DNA of 63,471 nucleotides, filler included, from Bonamia ostreae (Eukaryota): NCBI GenBank assembly GCA_040357525.1. It is 30 parts of 30 records of this genome, joined end to end, with 100 filler letters (N's around TTAATTAATTAA, not from the genome) between each part and the next. Parts side by side here need not be neighbours in the genome. Positions count along the whole stretch, not along the records: positions 61,470 to 63,471 come from JBDODL010001133.1; 29 more parts are not named here. One strand, 5' to 3'. Shown piece by piece: positions 61,470 to 63,471 of this stretch (position 1 is its first letter; each line of letters starts with the position of its first letter). The notes under the pieces were generated by a model. It saw only the letters and a program-made list of their open reading frames with translations, ran no database searches and was not told where the DNA came from. The position numbers and the translations under genes were made by a program.

Positions 61470-63330
61470 TGCTGCGTTTTGTAAAGAGACGTTAACTGAG
61501 ATTTTTGAAACGGCGAGACTCGACAACAAATTATAACTCGCGATTTTTCAAACAAAAATAACAACTTTTTCAATAGCAAAAAATTTTAGCCGTCTTTTTC
61601 ACGACAACAAAAAAATCGTTTTATCTTAAAAACCAGTTTTTGGAGATCATCAAAACGAGCCATTTTCTTTTTCTTGGGAAAAACGATATTTAGAACTCTT
61701 CCTGTAATCACCAAAGCTTGATCCTCGAAATCCCCTCTTTTCTGACAAATTTCTTCTTTCGCAAGCTCGATTTTCGATTTTATTATCGACCGTCCATCTT
61801 CATCCGAAACGTCTTCTTTCAATTCCAAAACCACCAAATTTGGACGACAAAGCATTTTCAACGTCAAAAGTCCGCAGCTTTTCGCTATATTTAAAGCTGT
61901 TTGCAGTTTGTCTCCGGTTAAAATCCAAATACCGATTCCAGCTTTTTTGAAGCAATCTAAAGTAGAAGAGACTTCGTCTTGCAATTTATCGTCAACAGCG
62001 GTGCTTCCTATTAGCTCCAAATCACTTTCCATTTCGTCGATCAAATTGTCGATTTGGAATTGGCTGTCGAAATGGAGTTTGGCTGTTTGGAAACGGTCGT
62101 TCCAGTTTTTGTATTCCAAATCCGTTATTTCTTTATACGCGCATACCAAAATTCGCAATCCTTTTTTAGAGAATTCCTTTTTATCGAATTTTGAAGATTG
62201 CAAATTTTTTATTTTTAACATTAAAATTAAAAAAATGTCAAATTTAACCGATTTTTATCAATTTTTTGTCAAAATTAAAAAATATAAAAATTTAATTGAT
62301 TTTAACAATTATTTTGTCAAAATTAAAAAATATAAAAATTTAACCGATTTTTAACAATTTTTTGATCAAATTTTAGATCAAAATTGAAAAAAATTAATAA
62401 CATTAATATCGTCATTAGTTTTACGCCAAAATAGTCGTTTTGAAGATTCATTTAATCTCTTAAAAATAACATCTTCGGCTCCTTTTACGTACAACTTGAT
62501 TTTCCCTTTTAAAACAAAAAATTGAAAAATTAACCATTTTTGCCATCTTTCACTAAAACAGAATTTCTTTTTCGCTCAGAATCAAAACTAAAACATTCCA
62601 TTATCTTTTTAGTTAAATATTTAAACTTTGTAGCGATATTTTTCTTTTCCGATCAAAATATCCAATATTTCGATCGCTTTTCCGGATTCTTCCGCATTCT
62701 TTTCAAAATATCTTTTCTTTTAAAGTTTTATAAAATTTGGTCAAATTTAAATTATTAAAATTGACGATACAAAAATAGCCGTGATTTTTGGCCATTATCA
62801 ACAAAGCTTTCTCGTCCGGAGATTCAGCTTGATATTGAATTTTACACGACGGAGTGTGTTCATGAGACGATCCATTTTCATCGCATTCCGGATATTCAGT
62901 TATAACTGTATGGCAAACTGCTAAAAGCGTCAAAAATTCGTTCGCCATTTTATCCCCGGATTTTAACAAATCTTTTAAGCTATCGCTAAAATAGGAGCGA
63001 GATTTTTCTTCTGAAAAATCGTTTTTAAATTCAGAATAATTTGATTTTTTCAACTTTTTACCGTTTTTTCTGTTTTCCGTTTGTTCAATTTGGTCAAAAT
63101 TATCAATAAATTTTTTCCCTCGAACGGAACAACAACTAAAAGCCATTTTGTTTTTAGTTAAAGTGCCTGTTTTGTCACAGAACATTACGTTGACTTGGCC
63201 AATTTCATCTGTCAGATTTGACGAACGTGTTTTCGCCATTTTTTTGTTGCTTCTCATTTCTTTATCTCTATTGATGTTAAAAGCGTGTATCAGTTTTGTC
63301 ATTTCCATTGTTATATATAAGGATATTGGT
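61470..63330 (-). CDS. P4-type ATPase (phospholipid flippase), internal fragment
   Basis: CDKTGTLTKNKM, LAVCHTVI, YQAESPDEKAL, FDSERKRNSV, GSTAVDDKLQDEV and IWILTGDKLQTA. Confidence 0.96.
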
Positions 63331-63471
63331 ACTTTAGTTATTTTTTTATCGAATTTTTATCGATTTTTTGATAAATTTGGTCATTTTTGCATTTCTTTAT
63401 CGATTTTTAATAACAAATTTTCTCAATTTTTGCATTTTTTAATCGATTTTTGTTTATTTTTTGCAATTTTT

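Noticed and set aside
2609-63330. Alternative genetic code or programmed frameshifting to explain fragmented ORFs
   Set aside because: In the conserved genes I traced, stops and frameshifts fall inside removable GT-AG introns. Long exons are stop-free and genes end in TAA or TGA.

Overview
This is not one locus. It is a concatenation of 30 unlinked contigs of about 2.0 kb, sorted by decreasing length and joined by artificial N-TTAATTAATTAA-N linkers, so gene order across linkers means nothing. About 22 contigs come from a very AT-rich, gene-dense eukaryote. Its genes are split by tiny GT-AG introns (mostly 19-25 nt) that usually start GTT(T) and end in A-rich AAAAG/TTAG, and its longer introns are often minisatellite arrays. 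After manual splicing I recognise fibrillarin, proteasome beta1, NAA20, KIN17, APC10, RPA32, an INCENP IN-box, an FPPS-family prenyltransferase, PCYT1, DPM1, translin, ARV1, PurB, RabGGTase beta, DHX35, XMAP215/TOG, a P4-ATPase, ferlin, an M13 peptidase, and ENTH, PX, filamin-repeat, small-Tim and QCR7-like proteins. There are also several unusual surface-type proteins: a Cys-flanked collagen, a claudin-like protein, a ZP-like protein and a PAN-repeat glycosyltransferase. About 8 contigs look like bivalve DNA, with long GTAAG/GTGAG introns, IFI44-like, kinesin and dynamin-like exons, and oyster-type repeats. My inference is an oyster-infecting protist such as a haplosporidian (Bonamia-like) co-assembled with host DNA. 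Best leads: (1) a divergent minimal splicing code with U-rich 5' and A-rich 3' intron ends that may base-pair; (2) intron inflation by private minisatellites; (3) an AAGCT(T) motif just upstream of start codons; (4) a proteasome beta1 with an immunoproteasome-like R45L pocket; (5) a prenyltransferase lacking the aromatic chain-length gate. All gene calls come from motif recognition by eye; no database search was run.
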